This document shows, one piece after another, positions 1 to 12,368 of a stretch of DNA of 64,000 bases. Made by a program: the position numbers and the translations under genes. The notes beneath the pieces are model-generated. The model worked only from the letters and a program-made list of their open reading frames with translations. It ran no database searches and was not told where the DNA came from. Origin of the DNA: Mobula hypostoma (taxonomy: Eukaryota); assembly GCF_963921235.1 (NCBI RefSeq), contig NC_086118.1, positions 28,150,001 through 28,214,000 of the forward strand, read 5' to 3'. Every line of letters begins with the position of its first letter. Positions within the stretch are counted from its first letter, which is position 1.

Positions 1-1800
1 AAGGGCAAGTTGGAGGAGTTTTTGCAACAAAACAGGAAGAACAACACCTATGGAAGAGGTATGGGGAATGACTAAGAGGATGGGAGGAGATAGAAGGAAT
101 GGGAATATCCAGTAATGATATCTGAGGAGGAAACAGTCTCCAGTAGGGATAAGGCTGAGATCATGGCCAAGTGGTTTGTACAGATACACAGTTCAGAAAA
201 TTTGAAGAAGGGAAAGAACAATGAGTCAACACCCAGGTGTGTTAAACAGGAGGGAAGGAACATATGATATAATTGATGATCCGTTTACGTCAGCAGAAAT
301 GGTGAGAGCAATAAAGAGATCGAGACCAACCTCCCCAGGGAAAGATCTGATGTGCTCTGTTAAGCTATAAAATTTAGGAGAAGGAGCGCTCTTGAAGTTG
401 CTGCATTTTTGTAACAGTGTGGAAGGAGGGAAGATTACCAAGTGCATGGAAAGAAGCAGTGGTAATTCTAATAAGGAAACCTGGCAAGGTTCCATAATCT
501 CAATAGCTATAGACCAATAGCATTAACATCAAATATATGTAAGATAATGGTGAGGATGATAACAGAAAGGTTATCGTATGAGCTTGAGAAGAGGGGAATG
601 CTGGCAAGTTATCAGAGTGGTTTTAGAAAGGGAAGGAATTCCATGGACTCAGTGATAAGGTTAGAGACTGAAATAAGAAAGGCCCAGGCAAATAAAGAAT
701 CAGTAGTTGCAGTGTTTTTTGACATTGAAAAAGCCTATGATGTGATGTGGAAGGAAGGATTATTAATTAAACTGCACAAGATGGGGGTTGGTGGGAGAGT
801 TTTTAATTGGATTAAAGACTTTTTGTTTGGTAGAAACATTCAAGTTTGGATTGGATCAGAATTACTAAAACAGTACATAGTGGGAAATGGCACACCTCAA
901 GGTAGTGTGATTAGCCCATTACTTTTCATCATTATGATCAGTGATGTCTTCACAAAGCTACCAGTGGATATAGGTAGGTCACTGTTTGCGGATGATGGGG
1001 CCTTGTGGAAAAGAGGCCAGGAACATGGAGCATATAATCAGGAAACTACAAGAGGCAATTGATGAAGTGGTGGAATGGGATTATGATTGGGGATGTAGAT
1101 TTTCAGTAGAAAAAACTCAAACTGTATTTTTTTACCAGGAAAAGAATTCAGGTAGAGAAGAAGTTAAGGATGTAGGGGATTGAATTAGAAAGGGTTGGAT
1201 CATTTAAATTTCTGGCAGTTATATTTGATTCATGATTAACATGGGCAGACCATATTAGAAAAGTTGAGGAGAAATGTAAAAAAAGAATAAATGTGATGGG
1301 ATGTTTGACTGGTAGGGAATGGGGAGCAAGTTCAGCATTGAAGAGAACGTATGTGGCTTTAGTGAGATCTGTGTTGGACTATGGAAATATAGCATATGGA
1401 TCAGCAGCTAGGTCTCATAAGGAAACTGGATGTGATTCAGGCTCAGGCTTTGAGAGTGTGCAGTGGGGCTTTTAAAACATCACCAGTGTCAGCCCTACAG
1501 GTAAAAATGGGAGTAATGCCTTTGGAACTAAGAAGGATGCAATTGATGGCAAACTACTGGGCTAATTTGCAGGGGAACAATGATTCTCACCCTGCTAAAG
1601 GAGTGTTGCAGGAGTGCTGGGAAAATGGGAGGTTTCAGAGGGATACCTTTAGTCGGGTAGGGAATGATATTGCAAAAGAATTTGGAGTGTTTGATCTAAG
1701 GATAAGTCCTTCAGAAGTTTATCCGGTTGTAGCTCCATTGAAGCTTGTATGGCCTGACATAGACTGGCATTTGTTAGAGGTAAAAAGGAAAGGAATATAA
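1..1800 (+). mobile_element. Degenerate non-LTR retrotransposon, I/Nimb-like clade, RT region
   Basis: Frameshifted ORFs 547-1062, 986-1183, 1293-1475 and 1396-1800 carry RT motifs QSGFRKGR, FFDIEKAYD, GTPQGSVISPLLF and LFADD, then RSVLDYG and ALRVCSGAFKTSP. Confidence 0.8.
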
Positions 1801-1984
1801 ACTAAAAAGCACAATTCTCACAGAAGGACAGGATAGCGAAGCCTTGGGGTATGTATGCAGAAATCAGGGACGTAGTAGGGCAGGTTGAGAAGGTGATTGG
1901 AAAGTCATTTGCGATCCTGGACCTTGTAATTAAAGATGATAAATAAATGCAAAAGCAGGAAAATCTGATGAACCTTCATAAAAT

Positions 1985-2262
1985 GGGTGCTATGGTAGTG
2001 TAGCTGTTATCATGATGCTATTACAGCTCAGGGCATCAGAGTTCAGAGGTCAATCCCAGCAACATCTTTACTTTGACTTCTTGGAATGTTTGGGTTTTCC
2101 CCCAGTGCTCCAGTTTCCTCCCATTGTCCAAAAACATACTAGGGTTAATGGGTCAGTGTAAATTGTCCTGTGATAGGGTTAGGATTAAATTGGGGTTGTC
2201 GGGGGTTGCTGGGCGGCAAGGCTCAAAGGGCCAGAAGGTATATTCCATGGTATATCTCTAAA
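1985..2262 (+). mobile_element. V-SINE-like tRNA-derived SINE, decayed
   Basis: tRNA-like head (tggtagtgtagc...ggtcaatccc) followed by the V-domain-like core tgggttttcccccagtgctccagtttcctcccattgtccaaaaacatac. Confidence 0.6.
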
Positions 2263-2390
2263 TAAGTTTTAAAAATGATATAAATTTAGCTGCAAATGGA
2301 TTAATTGATTACTGTGTTCCACTCCTCAATACTTGGATAAAAAGTGAAAGCCTTTTATTCCAGAGTTTCCAGGATTGAAGGACATATAGT

Positions 2391-5300
2391 GGTAGTCCTT
2401 TGGACTCAAAGAAGCCACGCTGTTGTGGACATGGAGGTGGCTTTGCAGTTCCAGTCTGGAAGTGCAGAGTCTAGCACAATGGGGAACTGGAAGTCCATTG
2501 TTGTGATAATTGTGGCTGCTGTTCTGTGACGCCACTCACGGTTTTCCATCAGTTTTTGGCAGCGCAGGGCTCGCCAGCGGGTTCTGTCAGCAGCCGCAGC
2601 TTCCAGTCCCCTTGGCTGGATGTCACAGTAGCGTAGGGTTTCCTTCACAGCGTCTTTGTAGTGCTTGCGTGGTTGACCTTGAGGTCTCTTTCCAGTCTCC
2701 AGTTCACCATAGAGCAGCTGGCGAGGCATACGGTGGTCATCCATTCTGATGGCGTGTCCCACCCATTGCATTTGGGCTCTGATGATCAACGACTCCATGC
2801 TGGTGGACTCCGTGCGATCCGAGACCTCCAGGTTGGAGACACGGTCTTGCCAGCGAATACCAAGGATGGAGCGGAGGACGCGCATGTGAAATTTCTCCAG
2901 TTGTTTGATGTGTCATCGGTACAGAGTCCACGTCTCACATCCATATAGGAGGGAAGGGATGACCACATCTCTGTAGACTTTCAGCTTTGTGGAGATGCAG
3001 ACGTCATGTTGATTAAGCACTCTGGTACGCAGCCTCCCCAGAGCCTGGCTGGCCTTGCTGATCCTGGAGTCAATTTCTTTGTCCAAAGATCCAACACTCG
3101 AGATGATGCTTCCCAAGAATTTGAAGCTGTTTACATTTGTCAGCTGGGTATCATCAACAGTGATTTTTGGTTCTTTGGGGTCGGTGTTTGGCAAGGGCTG
3201 GTGAAGTACTTCTGTCTTGTTCAGGCTGACAGTCAGGCCAAAGGGCGTAGCAGCGTCTGAGAATTTGTTCGGCATCAACTGTAGATCACTGTCTTTGTGC
3301 GCCAGGAGTGCACAGTCATCAGCAGAGAGGTGTTCTTGAATGACTGTATGGAGGCACTTCGTCAGTGCATTCAAGCGGCGAAGGTCAAAGAGAGAGCCGT
3401 CCAATTGGTACCTGATATACACTCCCTCCCTCAGACCTTGGGCAGCACGTGGCAACATGCAAGTGAAGAACAGGATTGGGGCTAGTACACAGCCCTGCTT
3501 CACCCCATTGGAAATGGCAAATGCAGCTGACATATCACCACTGCAAATGACCTCTCCTGTCATTCTGTCGTGAAGCATCTGAATCATCTTCACGAATTTC
3601 CTCGGGTATCCGTAACATCTCAAGACGATCCAGAGAGCCTCCCTGTTTACAGCGTCAAATGCGTTTGTCAGGTCAATGAAGATGGAGTAAAGAGGCTTGT
3701 TCTGCTCGATGCACTTCTCCTGGACTTGCCTCACTGCAAATATCATGTCTACTGTACTCCGTTCTGGCCGAAAGCTACACTGCTCCTCCGGGAGGTTCCT
3801 TTCCGAGACAGCGACAAGTCTGCTCAGGAAAATGCAGGCAAAAATCTTGCCTGCGATGGACAGCAGTGAAATACCCCTGCAGTTTCCATAGTCTGTTTTA
3901 CTTACCTTGTTTTTGTAAAGAGCCACGATGAGGGCATCGTGGAAGTCATCAGGTATCTCCTCTATGATCCAGATGTCTTCCAGGATGTCTTGGAATGCCT
4001 GTAAGGCGTTTGGGCCGAATGCTTTGTAGACCTCGGCAGGAATGCTATCATGCCCTGTTCCTTTATTTGAGTTCATCTGTGAGATTGCTTTCTTGATTTC
4101 ACCAGTAGAGGGCGGCAGGTCTATGTCATCCAGGACTGGCTGCTGAGGGATCTGCTGTAAGACATCAGGATGAACTGTGGACGGCCTATTGAGTAGGTTG
4201 GAAAAATGTTCAGCCCAGCAGATTTTCAGTCCTTTCCGGTCTTTAATCAGGCTCGACGCATCAGATGACAGCAAGGGGGAGCATCCTGATTTAGAAGGAC
4301 CATAAACTGACTTTATGGCACTGAAGGTCTCTCTGGTGGCATGCATGTCTGCATAGCGTTCCACCTGCTCAGCCTTTCTCTGCCACCACTCGTCCTTCAT
4401 TTCTCACAGTTCCGCCTGTACTTTGGTGTTTAAACTTGTCTTCCTTCGAGACAGATGATGGGTCATTCTGCCACTCTGCATAGGCCTTGTTCTTGGCCTG
4501 AAGGGCTGCTGAAATGGTCTCGTGGTTTTCATCAAACCAGTTTTGATGCGCTCGGGTTTTCAGTCCGAGTACAGTTATTGCATTCTGTGTGATGACATCT
4601 TTGAACTGTGTCCACTTTTCAGAACAGGCTTCCACAAACGGTGAATTGCCAGAGAGTTTTTCATTAAGCACCTCTTGAGAAGGTTGGACTTGACCCAGGT
4701 CTTGCAGTCTGCCGATGATGAATGACACTCTGACAGTCTTCGGTTGCTTACGATACAAAGGGACTATGTGCAGGTTGAGGACCGACTGAACCAGCCTGTG
4801 ATCTGTCCAACACTCAGCACCTCACATTGCCCGGTTGATGGTGACGTCTTGAAGGTCACGCTGGCATACTATGACATAGTCGAGTAGGTGCCAGTGTTTG
4901 GACTTGGGATGCATCCAGGTTGTTTTTTACTTGTTTGTAAGTCTGAACATCGTGTTAATGATGCACGGGTTGTGCTCGGCACACTTGTTCAGAAGCAGCA
5001 GGCTGTTGCTGTTTAGTTTTCCCACCCATGTCTCCCAAGGACTCTGTCCCAGTTGTCGCTGTCTGTCCCCACCCTAGCACTGAAGTCACCCAAGATGACA
5101 AGTTTGTCGCTGGCGGGGGTTATCCGAATAGTCTGGTCAAGGTCCTCGTAGAAACTTTCCTTGTCTTCGTCTGGACTCATGAAGGTTGGTGCACAGTCAC
5201 TGACAATGGTGATATACTGGGACTTGCTGAGGGGAAAGCGGAACTTCATGATACGTTCATTTATTCCAGTGGGTAGAGTATGAATGTTCTTCAGCAGAGC

Positions 5301-6159
5301 AGTTTGATTGCAAAACCTACTCTGTGGATCCTGTCATCAGTCTGTGGTTTCCCTTTCCAAAAGAACGTATATCCACTCACTGCTTCCTGTAATGACCCCT
5401 CGTATGCAAGCCTGGTCTCACTGAGTGCAGCGATGTCAATGCGATAACTGCGAAGTTCGGCCGCTGTGAGTGCTGTTCGTCTTTCAGGCCTTGCCACTGT
5501 GTCTCTGTCCAGCAAGGTGCGGACGTTCCAGCCTCCAAAGATGAGTTTTCTTTGACTTGTTTTTCTTGATGCATGTCGACCGCTAAGGAGATGATCTGCC
5601 AGCCGTGGTTAGCTAGCCAGATGTTTTTGTGAGGCAGGCAATGTTTAGTACCTTTTCTAACCCCCTCCCTCATGCGAGGGTGGGCAGTGCTGTCCTAAAA
5701 AGGGCTGCCCAGTCACCCTGGATGCTGCCGGACATCTCTGCTGCCCCGAGTATGGAGATGAATGACCACTGGTCCAAAGGCCGCCCACGTGCAGGTCTGT
5801 GACTACACTTCCAGTGGTCATCTCCGCCTGTTGCTTCACCACTCCCCCATCGCCGCAGGGCTTGACGAGTTGAGTTTGGACTGAAATGAATCACACAACA
5901 GAAACCTGTGCATGATGGAGTTTTAAGTGGAACAGCCGTTGCACAGGGGCAATCACACTCTCTTGGCAGAAGAGACCGTGATCCAGTGGCATGGACAACC
6001 GTTACGGCTGGAGACCTCTCCTGCTGCAGTGGATGACCAGGACATCTAAGTGTCTTGTGATCTTAGTGCTCCACAACGCCTGCTGGGCCTGCCTTCTTGA
6101 CCGCTGGGCCAGACTTCACACGCTGGGATAGACAAGATCCCCTACCTCGCTGACGGGTC
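2391..6159 (-). mobile_element. Near full-length RTE-clade LINE (APE + RT, frameshifted), inserted in an older CR1 fragment
   Basis: APE start WNVRTLLDR...IAALSETRL (5291-5515 ORF). RT ORF 2913-4400 has RGISLLSIAGKI, GVKQGCVLAP and SADD. C-terminal ORF 2406-2885. Flanking direct repeat ttgaaggac at 2375-2383 and 6160-6168 extends imperfectly to ...tagt. Confidence 0.9.
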
Positions 6160-8157
6160 TTGAAGGACTTTAGTTATGTATTAAAGCTGGTGTTGTTCTC
6201 CTTAGAACACAACAGGTTGAGGCACAACCTGAAATACTTTTAAAATCCTAAAGGCAATTGAATGTATAGAGAGAAACTGTTCCCATTTTTAGAAAGACAA
6301 GAACCAGAGGGCATAGAAGCTGTTTAGCCAAAAACCGAGGTAACAAGGAAAGATCTTCACACTTTCATTGATGAGATGCATTACTAGAGGATATAATGGA
6401 TGCAAATTTAATCACGTTCAGGAGAGGAAGAATAATTTTACGGCTCTGGGAAGGTGAGAGAGAATGAAAGAATTGCATTGTTCTTGTACAGAAACAATGC
6501 ATTTCAATGGGTCATAAGATCTCCATCTGCATTGTAATCTTTTGATGATTATGTGATTTTATTGTCAGAGTCTTCAGTTTTAGAATTACTGTCCTATTCT
6601 CTTGCAATTCACCAAGATCAAGAGAACTAGAATTATTTAAATGTTTATTTCACATACATGCATTCACCTGAACAAAATATTTTGATTATCTAATTTCATA
6701 GTTGTTCAGTTAAGATCTAATTTAAAAGTATAAAGAAAACACAACAGGAAAACATCTCCACTCTCTTTGCTTTTTGTTTAGGTCTCTGCATTTAGGAGAA
6801 GATCTATTCTTAGTTGCCAGAATTACCTTATCTTTCTTCCAATATGACATAAGTCTTCCTTTGATTCTGATTTCTCTTCAGGCGGCTCCCAAAAGAACTG
6901 TAAAACTAAATGTTGAAAAAGTTGGATTGGACTTCATTAAGTTGACAGTACTTGATGGTTTTTATTCTTTCATCAATATATAAAGTAAAGAACATGAAGA
7001 AATCCTATCACAATTGTGGGTAATAATGCATTAATTATTTTGTCTGATGAAAAACCTTCCCAGTTTGAGGAAAGATTGCCAGTATACGGCAGTGAGAACT
7101 GGAGTGGGATCAGATGAGGATTGTATGATGGGAAGATGGAACCCAGGTCCGATCTCAACATCTGCATCATTGGCATCATTCATCCAGGCCTTCCCATCTT
7201 CTCACAGCTACTCTCAAGCAGGAAATACAGAAGCCTGAAGTCTCACACTACCGTTTGAAGTCTCAACCCAAAATGTCAATTTGCACATTTTGCCTCAGCA
7301 GATGCTGTTTGAACCATTGAGTTTTTCCAGCATGCTGTTTTTTTCTGTGGAAAAGAATATTTAGAATAATGATGAACACCAGTTATTCACAGACCTAAAA
7401 CCTAATGTTCCTGTGTTGTAACATAGACATAGCAGTGCCATATTTTCAAGTGCTAGGACTGCTCTTATTGATAACAAAATCATATGCATGTTTCTAATTC
7501 AAAGTAGCTCAGGTATTTTCTTGAAGACATTAGTGTCATGGTCCCAACTGAATAGTGGCAGGCATCCAAGTTTCAGCACTCGAATTCCCAGGAGTATGCT
7601 TAGCTGCCTGGACATTCCTTTAAGACTCAGACTGCCAATTATTGCCTGTCACGTTACTTCATGGAAAGTCTGCACTTAAAGCCTCATGCTGAGCACTCAG
7701 TTACAGGAGTTCCATTTCTAGTACTACTGTTTGTGATTATGCCTTTGGATTTCATTTGTGTTGTCTTGTTTATCTTGAGTCTGAGTTAATTCTGGACTTT
7801 ACTCTGCACTTGGGTTCACTACCATCCATAGCTCTCTCATTATAATTAGGACATAACATCTACTGGCAGTATAGAGAACAAGCAGGTCAGAATGTCAATC
7901 AGCATGACATGGTTATATGATGCCTCATTACCAATTTGTCTGGGATTGATTTCTTCTGGCTGCTGATATAACTCTATGTATTTAAGTTTGAAAAGCTACC
8001 AGGATGTTCTCATTATTCATTCGCTGAAATACATGTACCATTTAGCATCAATTACTATTGTATGGTGGATCTGGGTAGATTGCTGTAGAGTTTTTGACAA
8101 GGTTATGATACTTTGAAATAGTTAACATAAAGGTAAAAGTCTTCTGTGGATAATTTC

Positions 8158-9885
8158 TTTTTTTTAAATTTTATTTTTATTTGGATAAGGAGTTCACAAT
8201 TATCATGTACTTTTTTCACACATATGACCTTTTCCATTTTTTTATATGTATAAAACTACAATTATTTATACATTCTTAAGTACACATTGAGATGATATAA
8301 AAGCAAAATAAACATTTAAATAGATAATTATGTACTGTGGTAAATCTAACCTATTAGGCTAAGTAATGAAATTAGTTGTTAAGAAAAATGGTAATAATAG
8401 TTTCCATACAACCCTTCTGGACCATTTCCACTGGTCCAAAATGTTGCATACAAGCCTATATACCAACCATTGTAGGTGTTTATATCCCAATTTGTTCGTG
8501 CTTGTTCCTGCCCGCAGACATAATTATCCAATCCCTATGTACTTATTTACTTAATTTTTTCATTTTTTTTATCCCTTTCCCAAATCTTTCCCTTTACTTG
8601 TGTTAATTCTCTATTTTCCAAAAAAAAACAACAAACATTTAGACTAGGGGTGCTTACGTTAGCAATATTACTGTGTTGATGAGAAGAGCAATATAAATCA
8701 TTAGGAGAGTCATCTAAAGTCTGCTCGCATTGGGGTTATATATTCAATCCATTTATTCCAGATTTGATAAAATGTTTCTTTTTGAGTTCTCAGGGAGTAG
8801 ATCAACTTTTCCATTTTAAATACTTCCAAGATAATTTCGTACCAGTCTTCTAATGTAGGTGGTATTGGATTTAGCCATTTTCTAGTGATTGATTTCTTAC
8901 TTGCCGCTAAGAGGGCCTGCAGCAACTTTATATCTTCCTTCCGTTCAAGGAACAATACATGCCCCAAATAGAGCGTCTCAAAGTTCAGAGGTATCTGGGA
9001 CCTAAGTACCTTAACTAATGTTCTATGAATACCTTCCCAAAATAGACTTAATTTAGGGCAATCCCAGAAAATATGAAAATGATTTGCCTCCTTGGAGCCG
9101 CACCTTCTCCAACACATCACATTTGTATCTTTATATTTTTCCTGATATGGGGTCTTGAAGTATCTTATAATGTTTTTCCAACAATGTTCTCTCCAAGTCA
9201 AAGAATTAGTCGAGGACCATTGAAAGCTGCAGATTTTCCCCCAAGCCTCCTCTGAAAGTACCAACCCCGCTTCTTTCTCCCACTTCTCTTTAATATACAG
9301 TGTATTTACATTTTTAGCATGGGAGAGTGCATTATATAGGCGAGAAACTGATTTACTAGGTATTGAACTGCAAGCCGAATTCAGAATCTTGAAGAATTCT
9401 AATTCTACTGTTGATAGGTCTGTATATCTACACCTCTGGTTAACATAGTTTCATATTTGAAGGTACCTAAAAAAGTCATTATGTTCTAGGCCATGTTTGT
9501 CCTGCAGGATTTGGAAACTTTGTAATACTCTTTTATCTATAAATGAGAGGTAGGTTGTAAGACCTTTCTTTATCCATAGCTCAAATCTTTTATCTCCTCT
9601 GTTGGGAAGGAATTCGGTATCATATGCACACCATCTAAAGAGTTTTAGCATGTTATTAATTCCACATGAATTAACCACCTTCTGCCATACTTTTAATGTA
9701 AGATTTATCCAAGCATTATTAAATTTTTCCAACTGGGCCATCAATCCTTTGTCAGCTATTGAGGCCTGAAGAGGAAAACTGTCAACTAATCCAAATTCTA
9801 TTTCCTTCCATCTAGCCTTATATTCCCTATTACACCAATATAACAGAGGGGTTATCTGTGAGGCAGAAAAATAATTTCTCAGGCA
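8158..9885 (-). mobile_element. 5'-truncated L1/Tx1-type LINE, ORF2 C-terminus plus 3'UTR
   Basis: ORFs 9451-9744 and 8710-9264 are in one frame separated by a single stop. Cys motif CWRRCGSKEANHFHIFWDCP. T-rich tail at 8158. Perfect 15-bp TSD tctgtggataatttc at 8143-8157 and 9886-9900. Confidence 0.9.
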
Positions 9886-10231
9886 TCTGTGGATAATTTC
9901 ATTGCATAGAGCACTCTAAATGAATTGTTAGCACGTGAATCATCAGATCATAAATAACTGGTGCTTTACTGCAACTACACCGAAACTTGTCATCATAATG
10001 CACCTGCTACCAAGTTAGAATCTTTGTTGAAGTTTAGGAAGACATGTCTATTGGATGATATTTCACATGTTATAGGGAAATTGCTGGAGAGAATTCTTTG
10101 GGCTAGGATACATGAGTATTAGTGAACCCATGGCCTAATTAGGGAGAGCCAGTATGGTTTTGGGCATGGCAGGTCGTGCCTTACCAACTTGATTTAGTTT
10201 TTGGCAAGGGGACAAGAGAGATTGAAAATGC

Positions 10232-12234
10232 AAACACAAGGAAATCTGCAGATGCTGGAAATTCAAGCAACACACACAAAATGCTGGTGGAATGCTGCAG
10301 GCCAGATGGCATCTATAGGAAGAAGCACAGTCGACGTTTCGGGCCGAGACCCTTCATCAGGACTAACTGAAAGAAGAGAGAGTAAGAGATTTGAAAGTGG
10401 GAGGGGGAGATCCAAAATGATAGAAGACAGGAAGAGGAGGGATGGAGCCAAGAGCTGGAAAGTTGATTGGCAAAAGGGATACAAGGCTGGAAAAGGGAGA
10501 GGACCATGGGATGGGAGACCTAGGGAGAAAGAAAGGAGGAGGGGAGTACCAGAGGAAGATGGAGAGCAGGCAAGGAGTTATTGTGAGAGGGACAGAGAGA
10601 GAAAAAAGAGAGAAAGAAAGAAAAAAAAGGAAAAAATAATGAATGAATGAATAAATAAATAAATATGGGATGGAGTAAAAAGGGGAGGAGGGGCATTAAC
10701 GGAAGTTAGAGGTCAATGTTCATGCCATCAGGTTGGAGTCTACCCAGACGGAATATAAGGTGTTGTTCCTAACCTGAGTGTGGCTTCATCTTGATAGTAG
10801 AGGAGGCCGTAGACAGACATATCAGAATGGGAATGGGATGTGGAATTAAAATGTGTGGCCACTGGGAGATCCTGCTTTCTCTGGCGGACAGAGAGTAGGT
10901 GTTTAGCGAAACAGTCTCCCAGTCTGTGTTCGGTCTCACCAATATATAGAAGTCCACACTGGGATCACCGGACGCAGTATATCACACCAGCCGACTCACA
11001 GGTGAAGTGTCGCCTCACCTGGAAGGACTGTCTGGGGCCCTGAATGGTGGTGAGGGCATGTGTAGCACTTCCGCTTACAAGGATATGTGCCGGGAGGGAG
11101 ATCGGTGGGAAGGGATGGGGGGGACAAATGGACAAGAATGTCGCGTAGGGAGTGATCCCTGTGGAAAGCAGAAAGGGGGGGGAGGGAAAGATGTGCTTAG
11201 TCGTGGAATCCCGTTGGAGGTGGCGGACGTTACAGAGAATTATATGTTGGACCCGGAGGCTGGGGGGGTGGTAGGTGAGGACAAAGGGAACCCTATCCCT
11301 AGTGTGGTGGTGGGAGGATGGGGTGAGAGCAGATGTTTGTGAAATGGGAGAGGTGCATTTGAGAGCAGAGTTGATGGTGGAGGAAGGGAAGCCCCTTTCT
11401 TTAAAAAAGGAGGACATCTCCCTCATTCTGGAATGAAAAGCCTCATCCTGAGAGCAAATGCGGTGGAGACGGAGGAATTGCAAGAAGGGGATGGCATTTT
11501 TGCAAGAGGCAGGATGGGAAGAGGAATAGTCCAGATAGCTGTGAGAGTCGGTAGGCTTATAGTAGACATCAGTAGATAAGCTGTCTCCAGAGATGGAGAC
11601 AGAAGGATCTAGAAAGGGGAGGGAGGTGTTGGAAATAGACCAGGTAAATTTGAGGGCAGGGTGAAAGTTGGAGGCAAAGTTAATGAAGTCAATGAGCTCC
11701 ACATGCGTGCAAGAAACAGCACCAATGCAGTCATCGATGTAGCAAAGGAAAAGTGGGGGACTGATAGCAGTATTGGCTTGGAACATCGACTGTTCCACAA
11801 AGCCAATAAAAAGGCAGACATAGCTGGGACCCATACGGGTGCCCATGGAGGAAGTGGGAGGAGCCAAAGGAGAAATTATTCAGAGTAAGGGCTAATTCTG
11901 CTAGACGGAGGAGTGTGGTGGTAGAGAGGAACTGGTTAGCTGTGGAATCCAAAAAGAAGTGGAGAGCTTTGAGACCTTCCTGGTGGAGGATGGAGGTATA
12001 TAGGGACTGGACATCCATGGTGAAAATAAGGCGGTGGGGGCCAGGAAACTTAAAATCATTGAAAAAAATCCAGAGTGTGAGAAGTGTCACGAACATAGGT
12101 GGGAAGGGATTGAACAAGGGGGGATAAAACTGTGTCGAAGTATGCAGAAATGAGTTTGGTGGGGCAGGAGCAAGCTGAGACAATGGGTCTACCTGGACAG
12201 GCAGGTTTGTGGATCTTGGGTAGGAGGTAGAAAC
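10232..12234 (-). mobile_element. Penelope-like element, 3' part (RT C-terminus, GIY-YIG endonuclease, terminal repeat)
   Basis: MDVQSLYTSI, MGTRMGPSY, YIDD, DVYYKPTDSHSYL; GIY-YIG region GVIYC...LYIGET. Terminal repeat with hammerhead motif. Split at 12234 by a Gypsy insertion. Confidence 0.9.
10329..10364 (-). ncRNA. Minimal type I hammerhead ribozyme motif in the PLE terminus
   Basis: Minus strand reads agtc CTGATGA agggtctcggccc GAAA cgtc gact: intact core, stem I agtc/gact, stem II ggg/ccc, palindromic minimal stem III, GUC triplet. Confidence 0.75.
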
Positions 12235-12368
12235 GGTAATGTATTGTGTGAGTATTCGTAGCGTCAGAGTGCGTATGACGTCAGGACGTAGAGAAGTAAA
12301 AATGGAAGTCTGTTGAATAAACGTGGTTGTTCAATCTACAGCGGTGTCCGAGTCACATCAATATTACA
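12235..12368 (+). repeat. 5' LTR of the Gypsy element
   Basis: (g/t)gtaat...attaca termini, internal aataaa, 8 mismatches to the 3' LTR by manual alignment. Confidence 0.95.

Noticed and set aside
6668..6716. Possible 49-nt minus-strand exon (ttaaattag ... CAG|gtgaat) as a partner of the orphan leader exon
   Set aside because: Stops occur in all three frames when read from the acceptor, so it cannot continue the phase-0 leader.
6774..6983. ORF with acceptor-like tttctcttcag as a terminal exon
   Set aside because: No upstream partner exon and no recognisable protein motif.
10201..10650. Lys/Arg/Glu-rich 149-aa ORF
   Set aside because: Antisense read-through of the purine-rich PLE 3' region.
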